Origin: Ramazzottius varieornatus | Lineage: Eukaryota; Animalia; Tardigrada | Assembly: GCA_001949185.1 (NCBI GenBank) | Contig: BDGG01000002.1 | Location: 688,387 to 752,386, forward strand | DNA length: 64,000 nt | Reading direction: 5' to 3' | Part shown: in pieces, positions 35,037 through 48,325 of the stretch | Position numbering within the stretch: position 1 is the first letter of the stretch | Layout: every line of letters starts with the position of its first letter | Program-made: the position numbers and the translations under genes | Notes under the pieces: generated by a model | Told to the model about the DNA's origin: nothing | Databases searched by the model: none | The model's input: the letters and a program-made list of their open reading frames with translations, nothing else

Positions 35037-36557
35037 TTAATAACGGAGTTTGAACAAAGTGTCATGATCTGTTTCGTTCACCCGTAAACTAGCATAATTG
35101 AATTCATACATAAACCGTTCAATACGATTGAAATATTTCGGTATTACAGTTTGCTCTAACTCTTCCCTGGTTGCCCATTTGAAATCTTTGATATCTTCGG
35201 ACGGTGTCACGTTGGCTGAATTTCTGTTCAGCAAAGCTTTGAAGAAAAATACCTGGAAAATAAAAAGTTGGTCAGTTCCCGAACTGAAGTTCGAAAAATG
35301 GTAAAGATGTTGGACGGGTGGAAGAAGAAACGTTAGCGAACCTTTGCACCGTAAAATTCCTTAGCGATGTCAGATTCCACCGGGTATTTATACTTGCAGA
35401 AGCCGAATGGAACGCTTCCCAGGAAAGAGCACTTCATCGTTTCGCCGCAATGGGCATGAAGAACTCTTTCAGCAGTCTGCCGCATACTTTCCCCATTTTG
35501 CCAGGGTCCCTGAGGAAAGACCCACTGAGGTGCGTCGCCAAGTTGCTGGTTTACGACGAGGTAGAGCTTTCTGTCGAGCTTCCTGTTCAGCGATTTCACG
35601 TCGTTCCTCTGGTCAGCTTCTATAAAACAGCGCACATAGATTCACTGAAATCTTATTACTGCACCAAATGGAATGTGAGCAAATGGTGTGAGACAGATCG
35701 TTGTCCCAAGTGGCGCACATTTTGATGTCGTTGGTCCAACAGTATGCGCCACTTGGAAAATGATTAGGTTCAATCCAGCTTCCCACGTTTGGAATCCTAA
35801 CAATAACGTTAAGAAATCTCAGAAGAATACTGTAGTTCGTAAAATGCCGATGAGGGTTCTGTGATCAAACTGGTTCAGTCAACGCAGACATGCCTGTTGT
35901 TCGATCAGCTGGAGCGAATTTTTGGAAGTTCTCGTTCCATTTATCCTCCAGATCTTGCGCTGTCTCCTTCACGGCAGCATCTTCCTGAGCCACATCTTCT
36001 TCCGCATCTTGCTGCTTCTTCTTCCGCTTAGCTTTACCTCTGGAAAAAAATACAGAGGGCACAATAAAGACGCTGAATTACTTGTTCGCTTCAGAGCTTC
36101 AAACAGAAACTTTCACTGACGCTTCTTGGAGCTTCGTTAGTTCGTGGTCGGACAGCCAGCTCGTCTCGAATTCCTGCTTATCCAATAAGGCCGCGAAGCT
36201 TCTCTCCATTTCGTTGAGAGGAGCGGATACTACAGGAGGACGTTCGAGGCAGACAGCACTAATCAACTGCCATTTGCGCATGTGAAGATCGGCGTTCTGC
36301 GCTTCTGTCATCTGCAAAGCGCGCTGACGAACCTCCAGCGCTTTCGCCGTCTCTGCACCTGGCTTCCTTGGCATCCTCAAAACCTTTCCTGTAGCATAGA
36401 CCCACGACTCAGATGTCTTGCCACTGCTCTGAATAAATACCGACACACGGTTTACAGTACCTGTCTGGTACGACCGACTTGATGTCCGACAAGTGCACGC
36501 GATCGACGCGATCCAGATCCTGGCATGCTGTGTCGACTGAGCGATCATGAAGGACAT
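35037..36557 (-). CDS. MRPL46: Mitochondrial ribosomal protein L46, ~4 exons
   Basis: WQLISAVCLERPP, SWLSDHEL, EADQRNDVKSLNRKLDRKLYLVV, ESMRQTAER, GAKVFFFKA, DFKWATREEL. Confidence 0.92.
35695..35770. repeat. Family 1 single module (MRPL46 intron)
   Basis: cccaagtggcgcacat...atgcgccacttgg. Confidence 0.75.
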
Positions 36558-37057
36558 TCTCGGTACGTCGAAGCTTTCGTGTAGAAGTCGGTTTTGCTGA
36601 ACAAGAAGAGGAATCCGGACTCCGGAACACAAGTTTTCCTCGGCTTCAGGCTCCACCGGAAGTGACAACTGAAAAGTCCAGTAATCTAGTTCAACAATAA
36701 ACGTCAAGCGTGACTGCAATGATGTTATATTAGTGATGTGATTTAATGCATCGTACGTACTGGGCGTGGTTCCAGCAACGTGGTGTGAATGGCGGCTGTA
36801 CAGCTAGCTCTATGTGACAGGCTTGATCGCCGAGTTCAAATCCGTGCCAGTCTCCTTCCTTCTAAACTGCCGCAGAGGTCCGTGCTGTATCTCGCTTCCC
36901 AAAGTATGCCGTCAAAAAGAAATTTCCTTCGAAATTATCCGCCCTGAATTTGTTTAGAATTCCTGCTCAGCATCTGAACTGAAGAGTACCCTTTCCTTTT
37001 TTCTAGGTTAAGGAAGCGGGCTTGGAGCAAATTGAGAAGGAGGGTGAACGGGACAAG

Positions 37058-38350
37058 ATGACTGCGCCATCGACGGGAAGCGAGGCTACGCCTTTAGACC
37101 TCAGGATGGCATCTCCACCCGTTCCTACTCCTCATCCTCTCTACCATCAGTCTGTGACTCTGGTCGATCCATCCGGGAAGGAATTTCTCCTGAACATGTC
37201 CGTTGAAGATTTACGTGATTTAGTCCGTAGTACCATTATCCTGCGCGAGGCAGCCGAGAACGCATCTGCTGAAGTGGCTCCTGTGATACCTCCGTCTGCT
37301 CCTGTGACCCAGCGAAAACCCATTCCCTTTCAAGGTATATCTCTCTTCTCAACGAGTGTCGAATATCTCTTTCCGCATTAATTTTCGTTTGAATTTTGAG
37401 ATGCTCAAAGTCAAATAGATTTGGGAGAGCTGGACATTTCAAAACAGGGCGTGAAACAGCATGTTTCAGACGCGGCTCGGTATGCTTGATTGTTTGATGG
37501 TCGTGACGTGGATTTGCTTGTGCTGTGATCTTGTGGTTATGAACTCTTGCTGATGAACAGGGCGGTGCCCGGACAAATCAAGTAGTTGACCATGTGACGT
37601 TTGCCTCTGCATTGGCGGTTGATAAGTCACGCGTGGGTACTGCATACGTCCAGACTGGGTTGATTGTTGATTGCTTGCACCCTGGGTAAGGTACTTGATT
37701 GACTGGCTCGTTGACAGGCTGACAACGAGCAGCAGCCAGCTGCAGCCTTGATATACGAATAAAAACGTTATGGTTTGCAGAAAGTCAAAATGGGGATGTC
37801 ATATCATTCTGCCTGGACGACGACATTCCTCGAGCGCAGCAAATCCACGTCACGACCACTTATTTTCCAGAGTACATATCGAAACGAAGGCTAAAAGAGC
37901 TGGCCAAGGTAGATGAGAACGTAGCAGCTGCCATGGGTCGTAGTGGTGATAGTCCGCCACCTGAGGAAGCTGAGTCCAGATCTCGCGTATCTCCTGCCGA
38001 AGACGACGATGACGACTCGACGGAAGATGGGAGAAAGATGCACAAGTGTCGTCTTCCAGGTTGCACAAAGATTTACTCCAAGAGTTCCCACCTGAAAGCC
38101 CACCTGAGAACCCATACGGGCGAGAAACCTTATCCTTGCAACTGGCCTTCCTGCAAGTGGCGCTTCGCTAGATCCGATGAACTCACAAGGCATTACCGTG
38201 AGTCTCTACCGGTTTTCACCTAGTAAGGGATGATTACAGGTTTGTTTTTCTTCAGGAAAGCATACGGGGGACAAGCCATTCAAGTGTCGGCAGTGCGACA
38301 AAGCCTTCTCCAGGAGCGACCATCTTTCTCTCCATATGAAACGTCATTGA
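37058..38350 (+). CDS. Kruppel-like factor with three C2H2 zinc fingers and an N-terminal PLDLR motif
   Basis: [83 protein letters not shown]. Confidence 0.92.
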
Positions 38351-38806
38351 TGATAGACTTCTTTACTTTCTCGTTGGCGTTTTGCCGTCTCTAAAAAGAG
38401 CTCTATTTGATGTTGCTTTTTGGGTTTTATCTTTTATCTGGAAAAGTTGCAGTCAAGGAAAGTTTTCGCCTCAGTCGAAGCCGTGTATTATCTTTCTCAT
38501 TTGATCTTCTAACCTACCTGTAAATTTTGTTTTCTACTTCTTTTCTAGCTGAGTTTTTGCTTTTATCCACTGTCGTTAATTTAAGTGTTAGAGCTGGTGG
38601 TGAAACTGGGAGGTGTGGTTCCGTAAAGTACGGAAGCGGAAGCTCTGACGTTGTAAAGTGCTTACTGCAATGGGAGGTAATGTGTAATGTTATACGTGCT
38701 ACTTAATGGTTGTACCGGTATGTCATCTCATGGAAAATCACTTGGTTGTTGATCAAGACTACAGAGGCGAAAAGCGAGTTTTCGTCAGAAATGCTGACAA
38801 TCTACC

Positions 38807-40267
38807 ATGTCGCAGACCAGCGTACTGAGATCGAACGACTCGAGGGAGCTCGTAGAGGACTGGATCTTGAACCTGCGGAAACCTTGTATTATTCGAGACT
38901 GCGCAGTGGGAGAGTGCCTGACGAAATGGAAGCCGGATTACATGGCCAGCACTGTTGGGCACAAGCCTGTCAGCGTTCACGAGTCATCCAGTAACCGCCT
39001 ACGCTTTCTCAAGAAGAACTTCACCTACGTCGTTCTACCCTTTGCCGAATTTATCCAAAAAGCCTCCTGTTTTTCTCGTGCCGGTTGCGGGGACTGCGCT
39101 GGTGATGATTGCGACAGAAGATATTATTATTATCGGGCAGTGGCCGACGACGTCCGGAATACTCCATCCGACTTCCGGCGCGACTTTCCCAGCCTGTCCC
39201 CCGACTTCACTGTGCCCAGCTTCCTCCAACCTGAGAAGATCTTCTCCTGTGTTCTCCGCTGTAGTTCCGCCGACCTCGGGCTGTGGTTACACTACGACGT
39301 GCTCGACAACGTGCTGGTTCAGGTGAAAAAAAAGGGGTTTACTGTGGGAATGATTTGAAGTTTGGAAATTAGAATGCTTGAAGAAACAAAATCAACAAAT
39401 CAATCAATTGCGTTTTCCACCCCTTGCCGCATGGGTGGCGGCGCCATAGAATCCTCAGACCAGCCCCTGGTCGTAAGCAGTGACAGCTGGGCAAGTGGCC
39501 GCCTGTGCTAGCCGTTGACTGGATTACTTTCTCGAAACCACAAGGCTGCAGGCCCGCAGCACGCTCCGGCAGCGCTAAGTAGTTGAGTGGCCACCTAACG
39601 CTGTCACTTCTTACAGCCAGGTGCTGGTCTGAAGATTCTATGGCGTAGCCACCGATGCCTTGCCGAATGCCTGGTTTAAGGGAGCTAGGCACGAAGCTGT
39701 TGATGGTCGTTTCCGGAGCAGGCCGTGCCGTAACTGCCGTTTGCTCTTACTTCCGGTAGGTTCGCGGAAGGAAGCGAGCCATTCTTTTCAATCCAGAAGA
39801 CGCCGAATACCTTTATCTCTCCGGGGACAAGTCATTGATCCACGACCCGGAGAATGTGGACCTCGAAGAATTTCCACTGTTTGTAAAAGCAAGGCCGTAC
39901 GTTTACCAGCTGGAGCCAGGCGACGTCCTCTTCATTCCCGCCTTCTGGCTCCACTACATGATCTCGGAGGACTTCAGTGTCGCGGTCAATATCTTCTGGT
40001 ACAACCTTCCTAGGGAGCTGTACGACCAGAAAGACACGTAAGGTTCAAGAAGTAAGAAGAATAATAAATTCGTTTTTTTCTGTTCGCTGTTTACTTTGCA
40101 GATATGGAAACAAGGAACTTCAACCGTACTTCCGAGCTGCTCAAGGCGTCGACCGAGCGCTGAAGCAGCTGGAAGGTTTACCCATTGACATCCAGAGATT
40201 TTATATGCGAATGCTACGTTCGAAAATAGATAAAGCATTGGGACTGAGTCGAGACCGTTCGGCATGA
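38807..40267 (+). CDS. TYW5: tRNA wybutosine-synthesizing protein 5 (JmjC hydroxylase), 3 exons
   Basis: FLKKNFTY, LWLHYDVLDN, LEPGDVLFIPAFWLH, VAVNIFW, KDTYGNKE. Confidence 0.9.
39434..39652. repeat. Long inverted repeat (MITE-like hairpin) in TYW5 intron 1
   Basis: ggtggcggcgccatagaatcctcagaccagc..gtgacagc pairs with gctgtcac..gctggtctgaagattctatggcgtagccacc over ~55 bp. Confidence 0.8.
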
Positions 40268-40796
40268 AATGAGCGCGAAGAACCTTCCTTGATTTTTCTT
40301 GTTTTGAGTTCAGTTTCTATTGATGGCAATAGGCACTTCGCGCGGCAGCTTGTTTGTATCATCAGTGTGAGTTGACCACACTGGTATCATGAGCCAAGCT
40401 GGGTTTTCAAAGCTGTTTCCTCAGCGTGAAAATAGTGATTGTTTTCCGAGGTATAATGAGCCCTTTGTAGAAACAGTATTGCTTTCCACGGAATAAGCTG
40501 TCCAGGGTCCATCAGAGAGACTACAGTCCGGTCGCTCGAAATCTGGTACCTGATTTTGCGATTTAAAAATAAAGAAATCATACAAAATTAACGACACTGC
40601 GAGCCATACCAACACAGCTGTCCACATGCGGTTTGGTTACTTGATCACACCAGTAAAGCTACGGTGTAATTTATGTATAATGTAATTTCGGCCTTGGCTT
40701 GTCGTGGTGTATGGCGAATGTATAGCAGACTTCAAAACAAAATCGGAGAAATAGGTACCAGATTTCGATCGACCGGACTGTACAAGGGTAGAGGAA

Positions 40797-41249
40797 TAGA
40801 GCCCTGCAACATGCCGTACGTTCTGCGCTGCACTGCATTTTACTGCATTGCAGTGCAGTTGCAGTCGCCGAAACGATGAAAAAATGCAGATGCAGTGCAG
40901 TTACAGTTTCGGGAAACCGGATGCAGTGCAGATGCAGCACGGGTTTTCGCGACTGCTGCAGGGCTCTGCTTCTGTTACCCCTTCTGAACGACTTTTTAGC
41001 CATACCGGTGATGCTCTCAACAGTAAGCGAACTAGTATGCTGCCTGAAACTCTGAGTGATCTGATGATTATTCGGTGGAACTATCTCGCAGAAGAATAAA
41101 TGATTATCGATAATAATTTATGCAGTATCGATGCAGTAAAATGCAGCTAGACGTTCATGGATGCAGTGCAGTTGCAGTTTCCCTCGGTCAGAATAAATGC
41201 AGTGCAGTGCAGGTGCAGAACGGATATTTCGTGCTGCTGCAGGGCTCCA
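40797..41249 (+). mobile_element. hAT remnants: MITE with TGCAG repeats and a transposase dimerisation-domain 3' end
   Basis: TAGAGCCCTGC...GCAGGGCTCTG ends. SASVTPSERLFSHTGDALNSKRTSMLPETLSDLMIIRWN matches the hAT dimerisation motif. A second gcagggctc end near 41247. Confidence 0.8.
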
Positions 41250-41269
41250 TGGAGGAACCGCTGTGCATA

Positions 41270-43001
41270 CTGTATTCCCGCGAAAGTTTTGCGCAGTCAC
41301 GTGAAATGCCCGTAAATTACGCCTGGCAGGGACAAAAAAGGTCTGTCTTCAATCAAACTCGTCAATCAATTGGCATACACTTTATTCTTCCGAGAAAGAG
41401 TCTTCCACCGAACTGAAACTACGCTCGAAAGACCTTTCCAAATCATCAGGGCTATCCAGAATCTCTTCCTGACTAGCTAACATATACAGCGGTTCTGGCA
41501 TTATACGAGCACCAACGAAAGAGTTTTCTACCGTAGAGACTTTGATTTTCTCCCAGGCTTCTGAAACAAATTTTATGAAATCTTGACGGCACGGCTTCTT
41601 CAAATACCCGCTCTTGGTGACAGCGGTGCAATTGTCTCTCCACAAGTGGTAAGATTTGCGTAGGTACGGTTTGAAGAGGAAGTTGACACTAATGTCCAAA
41701 CGTTGGTAGGTACCAGTGGGACCAGCAGGAATGAACACCTGTTCGATCCCCAGATTTTCCAGTAAGAGCTGACTCTCGAAACTCCCATGAGCCGGCGCAC
41801 GATCACGAATCAAGGTACCGCCATCATGTCTTCCGTCAAACGTTTTCTTGATCCAGAACCGGTCAAAGGCTGAATTCCACCAACCCGAATGAGTACTGAA
41901 GATGCGGACGTTTTCGGGAATCTCCAACTTGTTGAGGATTCTCGGCGACAGCTTTCCGGTTTTTTTGTTACCTTTGAACACAACGGAAGCTGGAAATTCC
42001 CAACCGTTGGCGCTGATCGTGAAGCACACCGTGAGACACTCAGGATCTCCTGGAAGTTGCACTACTCGCACTTCCTTGGCACCTTTCGGGGACAAAGACT
42101 TTTTGTAGGTGTTCTGCAGCCTGACTGATGTTTGGTCCATGTTCATTATGAGGTAAGGATGAGGGTTGTTGATGAAGACAGCTTCGAATATCCTGTGTAG
42201 GAAAAATTCTTCCTGGATCTGCAGAAAAGAAAGAGGTAAATGGCAGTCAACTTTGCGCATGAAGTCACAAATCGTAATGTCATAGCAAGTGACGAGGCTT
42301 AAGGGAAATTTCACAATATGACGTCACACATTGTACATAAGCAGATCCCTTATCTTATCTTCTTCCGTTTGGGCAAACTTTCAGCCAATCTTCTTTGTGA
42401 CTCGTAGCACTAGTCCGCGTCACTGCCTGAAGTCTCCGACCCAGCCTTTTGAAGCTTCGAATCCCGTGACTCCTCGCTCAGCGGCGACAGCAATAGCCAT
42501 ATGTCGAGTTGGTTTGGAGGCCTTCTGGCGGTCTTCATATCGCTTGTACACTTCCTCTTCGAGCTCGTGGTGCTGAATTCTCCTGCCAGAGTTGTTGATC
42601 TTATCCAGGAGCTTTCCAGACTTGTCCATGACAAAAGTTGCTGTAGATACATACTGTACAAGGTTTTCAAACAAGTTGGAGCATTTCTTACTTCCAAGCA
42701 CGCATTGTCGATTCCAGAATCCCGACGGCTTTGGCATAACTGCCAAGGCTTCCCTCCCACCTCTCCAAGGCACTAACGTGACGCTTCGCCTCCTCAACGG
42801 AGTGTGTATTATGAGATTTAGAAGTCATTCCGACGAGATACCTGTCACATGGGCTTCCGGACAGAAAATCAGAAAACAAATCCAACAAGTGAAAACTCGA
42901 TGGGCCCCAATCAGGCAATCAATGCATTGTACATTAAAGTGTTCGTAGGCTTGATTTATGGGCATGACACGTGACTGCGCAAAACTTTCACGGGAATACA
43001 G
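41270..43001 (-). mobile_element. pogo/Tigger-like DD35D transposon, degenerate
   Basis: TA-flanked ~45-bp TIRs (ctgtattcccgcgaaagttttgcgcagtcacgtg). CENP-B-like HTH (FEASKGWV..F) and catalytic NMDQT, DRAPAH, QRLD with 35 residues between the last two D. Stop/frameshifts in the 5' half. Confidence 0.92.
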
Positions 43002-43523
43002 TACCGTGGAGCCGCAAAACATGGAAGCCGTAGAGGCACTTACCACTACTAACAAACATTACCATTGATCTAATATGCACAAAGACCACGCCCCGGCAGA
43101 GTCGGTTACTTTGCTCGCACTGTTTACGGCCTATGGTGATGGGTCAACCTGCAATACGTGCTACGAAAAACTACACGGGGTGACGCTCCAGATATGATTC
43201 AGATCAAAGGGAAGGGATCAAGCGCGAGGGGAATGATGCGGAAAGCGGCAGAACATTGACGAGTCAAGCTGCTTGCGCAACAACGTTGTGATTTCGCTTA
43301 GAAGTGATTTATGTGTCACGTGCCCTTGCTCACCCTTGAGCGATCTTAGTTTGCCCACGTGGTTCGATATTTTCTTACGGTAGCAGCTCCGCAGTGAGCC
43401 GAAGCTAGTCCGACAATGACTTCATCACTGAAAGACTGGCGTGACGTACGTACGCGTTCCTCTACCCCTCTGGTCTCTCTGGGTCCATTGCGCGCTGGCT
43501 AAAGATATGGTGTCGTGTCAGCG

Positions 43524-43605
43524 TATCTGACGTATATATTCAATGTTATCTGACGTATATATTCAATGTTATCTGACGTATATATTCAATGTTATCTGAC
43601 GTATA
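43524..43605. repeat. 23-bp minisatellite (TATCTGACGTATATATTCAATGT), ~3.5 units
   Basis: Read directly from the sequence. Confidence 0.9.
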
Positions 43606-43907
43606 ACGAATTACACCAGCAATTCCGCTGTTTCTGATTGTTGATCGGCTATTTTCATCAACCACATTTGTCAATTGTCATTTAAGTTTCCTCAGCTTTC
43701 CTCTCACTGGCAATCCTTATCCGTCAGCTTGTCTTTCGTGTGGTTCGTGGACGCCCTTGATCTTACCTAAGAAGGAGACGACTTTGCTCGTGGAAGCGGT
43801 GTGTGCTGGAATGTGACGATTCAACATTCAGTGTTGTTGTGAATGTCTCGTAAGTCCTGACGTTTTACCTGTCGTTTCGCTGCAGTTGCCTGTCCTGAAG
43901 CAACGTC

Positions 43908-45059
43908 ATGCCTCCACGGAAGAACACACCGATTGTGAGGCCTGTCAGCTCGGGAACGACAAGGGCAGAGCGAGCACAAGCAAGGCAATCGACCAAGGAT
44001 CGTCTGTCGGAGGAGATTGAGTACCAACCTCCCAAAGTGGCGCGCCAGACATCCTCCAAGTCTTCGCTCACAGAAAACAAGGATGAAAAGCTGATCGTCA
44101 ATACCATCAACAGACTTAAAGCACAGAATAAAGCTCTGGAGGACGACGGGCACGCTGTGGAAAACTTTATCCGGACAGCAAGCAAAAATGATCCGCAGTA
44201 TTTGTGAGCAACCAACTGTTGATTCTTTGTTATACTGTATTGTTTATACTGAATTCGTGATCTCGACCGTTGTTGTATTTTCCAGGGAAATACAAGCAGT
44301 TGAAGCAGAAGAAGCTACGTTACGAGCAGAAATTACGGAGCTAGACGAATCGAACGAAAACCTGAAGGAATTGCTGGCGGAATATCGTAATCGGAATTTC
44401 CGTAAGATCGAGATCTCTTTGTCGTTTTTCTTTCACCGGTGGATTTGATGTTTAGATTTTTGCAGCCATGTGTACTTCCATTCGCGCTCATGGGGGCAGA
44501 ATCAACAAGCTGGCAAAGAGATTCTCTTCGTCAGGAAAAGCTGACTTGAGAAGGTAGTCCATCGATTGGGATCTGGGAGCTCAGTAAACAAGCTCGACAA
44601 GACGTTTTACCCAAGTAGCCCATTCCTACATTGTTCTAGGCTGGAAGCGTGCGCCACTTGGATACACGGATCTATCGAGTTTGACCGTTTTCCAAGTGGC
44701 GCACGTTCGCGGTGTATCTGTCTGTAAGCGTGCGCAAGTCATGGGCACGATCTTGTCGAGTTTGTTTGCCCAGGTTTTGACCTGGGATCCACTCTTAACC
44801 AGCTGAGTTTTTCTGTGAATTAAATTTCATAACCTTGTCCGGTTTCAGGGAACAAGAAACACTGAGGGAAATGACGAAAGAGACGGCAGCCAACCTGCAT
44901 ATTCTCAAACATCTGCCAGTGCTGGCTGCTCAGAAGAAGCACGACGAGGAGGCGGTCGGCCCCACGATCAACGGGATGGAGTTTATGGATGTAGAGATCC
45001 TCCGGGGTTTGGAGGACGGATTCCAGAAACTCCAGGTGGAAGTCTTTGGTGCGTTATAA
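43908..45059 (+). CDS. Uncharacterised coiled-coil protein, ~4 exons
   Basis: ORF segments 43908-44204, ~44286-44401, ~44466-44553 and ~44850-45059 joined by GT-AG introns; heptad-rich (LRAEITELDESNENLKELL). Confidence 0.6.
44576..44772. repeat. Family 1 full-length copy (intron)
   Basis: gagctcagtaaacaagctcgacaagacg ... cgatcttgtcgagtttgtttgcc with two internal hairpins. Confidence 0.85.
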
Positions 45060-45810
45060 CTTAAGCGCAATCAGTTTTGTAAACCAAAGACGTTTACACG
45101 TCTGTACATACCCAGAGGTTTCAAACCGTCCTCAAAGTGGTCGGTTATTGACAAATAATTTCGGGATTTTCTTAGGGCGATGTTACTTAATGATCTCTGC
45201 GTTTTATGGGCACGCTTGTGTCTAGCTTGATTTTGGTTTAATAATTGGCAAAGCTCAGATGAAAACGGAAGATTACACACTGAAATGAAAACTTGAATGG
45301 GATCAACGATGGATTGATATCCAGGAATGTATTCTGACAATCATCTGAAAATTCTCGTAAGTAGGAAAATGTATCTATGTTACCAGAAATTTGGCAAACA
45401 TGATTTCTCGCAACGACTAAAAGGAAAAAGAATGTGAGAAGATTTTTCCAAAAAGTCATCTTGGTAAATCGGCTTTTCGAATTGTCATGTTGTCAGCAGC
45501 AAGATTGATGATTGTCTGCTGAGGACAGTGTTGTCATCTTGACGAATGCTTTGGAATAGCCTGAGTATAGTACTGTAGAAGACTCATGCACCGCGAGGCT
45601 CGCGTGAATAATCTCAACGTGGTACTATTCTCCCCTGCAGCTACTGAGAAGGTCCTCGTTATGACTGTGGCAGTCAAATAACTTCAGTTATTTCTGACGA
45701 GTACAGTGTGAGAGCTCCACATAACACCATCGGTTCCACTGTGCAGCGTCTTTTTCAGTCTTGGCAATTTTCTCGGTTCTCGTGGGGAAGTTTATAGAAA
45801 TAGAGTTTGA

Positions 45811-47691
45811 ATGGCAATGGCGGCAGTTGCTTCGGCGAACGCTACAGTCGACAAGGATATCATCCGCAAGAAGTACCCCGTCCCCGAGAAGATGCCAACA
45901 CCCTACGAGATTGGCTACCACCACGCAGACTGGCTGTAAGAAAGTCGGCACAAGGATTTTTCGCAAAACCATCTTGAAGTTTCTTCCGGATAAAAGTTCA
46001 TTCCATCTTGCAGGAAGGATTACAAAGGCTGCACGGTGGAGTACCCCAAGTACCTGACTCTACAGGACGTGGAGACCTTCGAAGCCTCACCGCTGGACAT
46101 TCCCGTTTGCGCTTTCCCCAAAACCGGTATGTCTAGCCCTATTTCGTCTTCTCTCCAGAATGATATACTTCAAACTTGAAGATACAAACGTAGAAATAAG
46201 GCGTAATATTCCTCTTTTCATCCGGTGTATGAATACGTTAGCGTTTAATCTGCACCTGTTTGACGTTACTTCGATGGTGGTATCTCTTCAGCTGAAACTG
46301 AAGAATATATTGTTTAGAAACCTCGCCGGATAAGAATTTTTACAAGAAAACTGATAATTTACTCTCCGAGTTGTCTTTCTGTGTTGCGAGATGGACTGAG
46401 GTGACGACATGATTGTGTTTCTGTAGGGACGACATGGATGAACGGTATTGTGATGGGCGTGTTGGCCAACGGTGATCGTAAGGTCTATTACGACGCTCCT
46501 CTGGAGATGAAGAGTCCCTTCTTGTGTCGTTGTGAACCAGAGCAGCCGGTCGGGATGCGTCCCATCGACATTGTCAAGAAGCGCCCGCCGGGTCGTTCCT
46601 TCTTCACACATCTGGCTTACCAAGCATTGCCCGAGAGCCTCTTGAGAGCTGGTTCCAAGGTACGGTCTTAAAACGCCTGACGAAGCCTGAAATCTTTTCC
46701 TGTAATTGTTGCTGGTATTTTTCCGCAGAAAGTGTACATTTGGCGCAACCCGAAAGACACCATCATTTCCGAGTATCACTTCTTGCAAGCTCAAACCCGC
46801 ATTCAGTTTCACGGAGACCTGGACGAGGTCGTGGATTCGTTCGTCAACGACAGGGTCGGCTTCGGTCCTTTCTTCGACCATCTAGCCAGCTTCTGGAAAC
46901 ATCGAAACGACGACCCCAACATTTTCTTCTGCTCGTTCGAAGAACTGAAACGGGTACGCGTAACTCACAGATTACAGATTCGTTTCGATGTTCAGAATGT
47001 AGGCCGACAGGCCCGAAAAGATCCTCTACAAGGGGCGCACGCCTTGAGCCATCGACACTGGAACGTAGACACTTGGAAAAGCAAGTTCGACAAAGATTGT
47101 TTTTTCAAGTGACGCACGCTTCCAGCCAACAACGGTGACAACGTGCGTCGCTTGGGGGGACGATCGAGCTTGTCAAGGTCGTGTTTTCAAATGGCGCCAG
47201 CTTCCATCCGATACAGAGAGAAAGTGCGCCACCTGTGAGAAACAGTCTTTTCCAGTTCGCTTGCCCATCTCAGGTCCGTTCCTTCTGAAATTATCTTGAC
47301 TACATTCAGGACTTCCATAACGTTGTGAGACGTTTGGGCAAGTACCTCGGCAAGGACCTTACTGACGAGCAGATTCAAGTTGTTCACGAAGAAACAGACT
47401 TCCCGAAGTTCCAGTCCAACAATCTGTTGAACAAGTCGAAGGCGCACGAGCAAGGATACCTGGACTTCAACCGACACCAGTTCATTCGGGATGGTACTGT
47501 TTACTTCCAGAAATTTTCCACGAAAACTTTAATGAACGATTTTTTCAGAATTTCGGTATTATTTGGCAGGCTCAGTGGGACAGTGGAAGAAGCTCTTCAC
47601 ACCGGAAATGAACAGGAAAGTGGATGCCTGGGTGGAAAAGAACATGAAGCGTCCAGAACTACAGGGAATGAAACTGGAATTCGAAATCTGA
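45811..47691 (+). CDS. Cytosolic sulfotransferase (SULT), ~6 exons
   Basis: PAPS-binding loop AFPKT/GTTW, FFTHL, YIWRNPKD..ISEYHF, FEELK, FIRDG/SVGQWK..FTPEMN. Confidence 0.92.
47030..47265. repeat. Family 1 copy with three modules (SULT intron)
   Basis: aggggcgcac.., aagtgacgcacg..cgtgcgtcgctt, atggcgcca..gtgcgccacct. Confidence 0.75.
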
Positions 47692-47835
47692 AAGATAAGT
47701 TTGACCCGTCAGGGAAAAATTCTAAAGTAGACTAAATTTATCGTAAACTCAGAACAGACACCATTCGCTATCACCATCGGTGAAAAACAAACTTTTAAAT
47801 ATTTTCATGGTTTACAGTTTAGACTAGGCTACGAT

Positions 47836-48325
47836 CAGAGAAGTTGCATTTTGCGCAGATGGTTTGGACAAACTAGAACCAATGAATTTTGAAAATCGAA
47901 GTTTATAAAAGCATTCGTTAGAACCTTTGAGAAGTTGCACAACGCGGGCGAGTTTGAGAAAAACGATGGGACAAACGACCGCTGCTGGTCATGTTCGGCA
48001 GTAATTAGCCCACCAAGTTAAAAAAGAGCCGGCTAAAATGCAAATCTGATTAACTGATTGTCCGGCGTGGAGGCCCTGTGTTGCCCGGGCACCGATTACG
48101 CTTCCTAGTGTTTCGGGCCAGCCAGGGCAGTACTGACGGCAATTCGTTCATGTTTGAAATCTACGGGTGATTTTCTTCGTGATTCACGAACGAAGCCCCC
48201 CTCCCCTTCGTTTCGTGGATCGCGAGGCGAATTACAAATCTTGAATGTTTAAACTTTTCTAAATGCAATCGTTTTGTCCAAACTGTCGTTTGTTCAAACC
48301 ATCTGTGCAAAGTGCAACTTCTCTA
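47836..48325. mobile_element. MITE with ~35-bp TIRs and hAT-like termini
   Basis: cagagaagttgcattttgcgcagatggtttggacaaac ... gtttgttcaaaccatctgtgcaaagtgcaacttctcta. Confidence 0.75.

Noticed and set aside
36790-36855. Possible tRNA-like element (GTTCAAATCC B-box)
   Set aside because: No acceptor stem or cloverleaf could be built.
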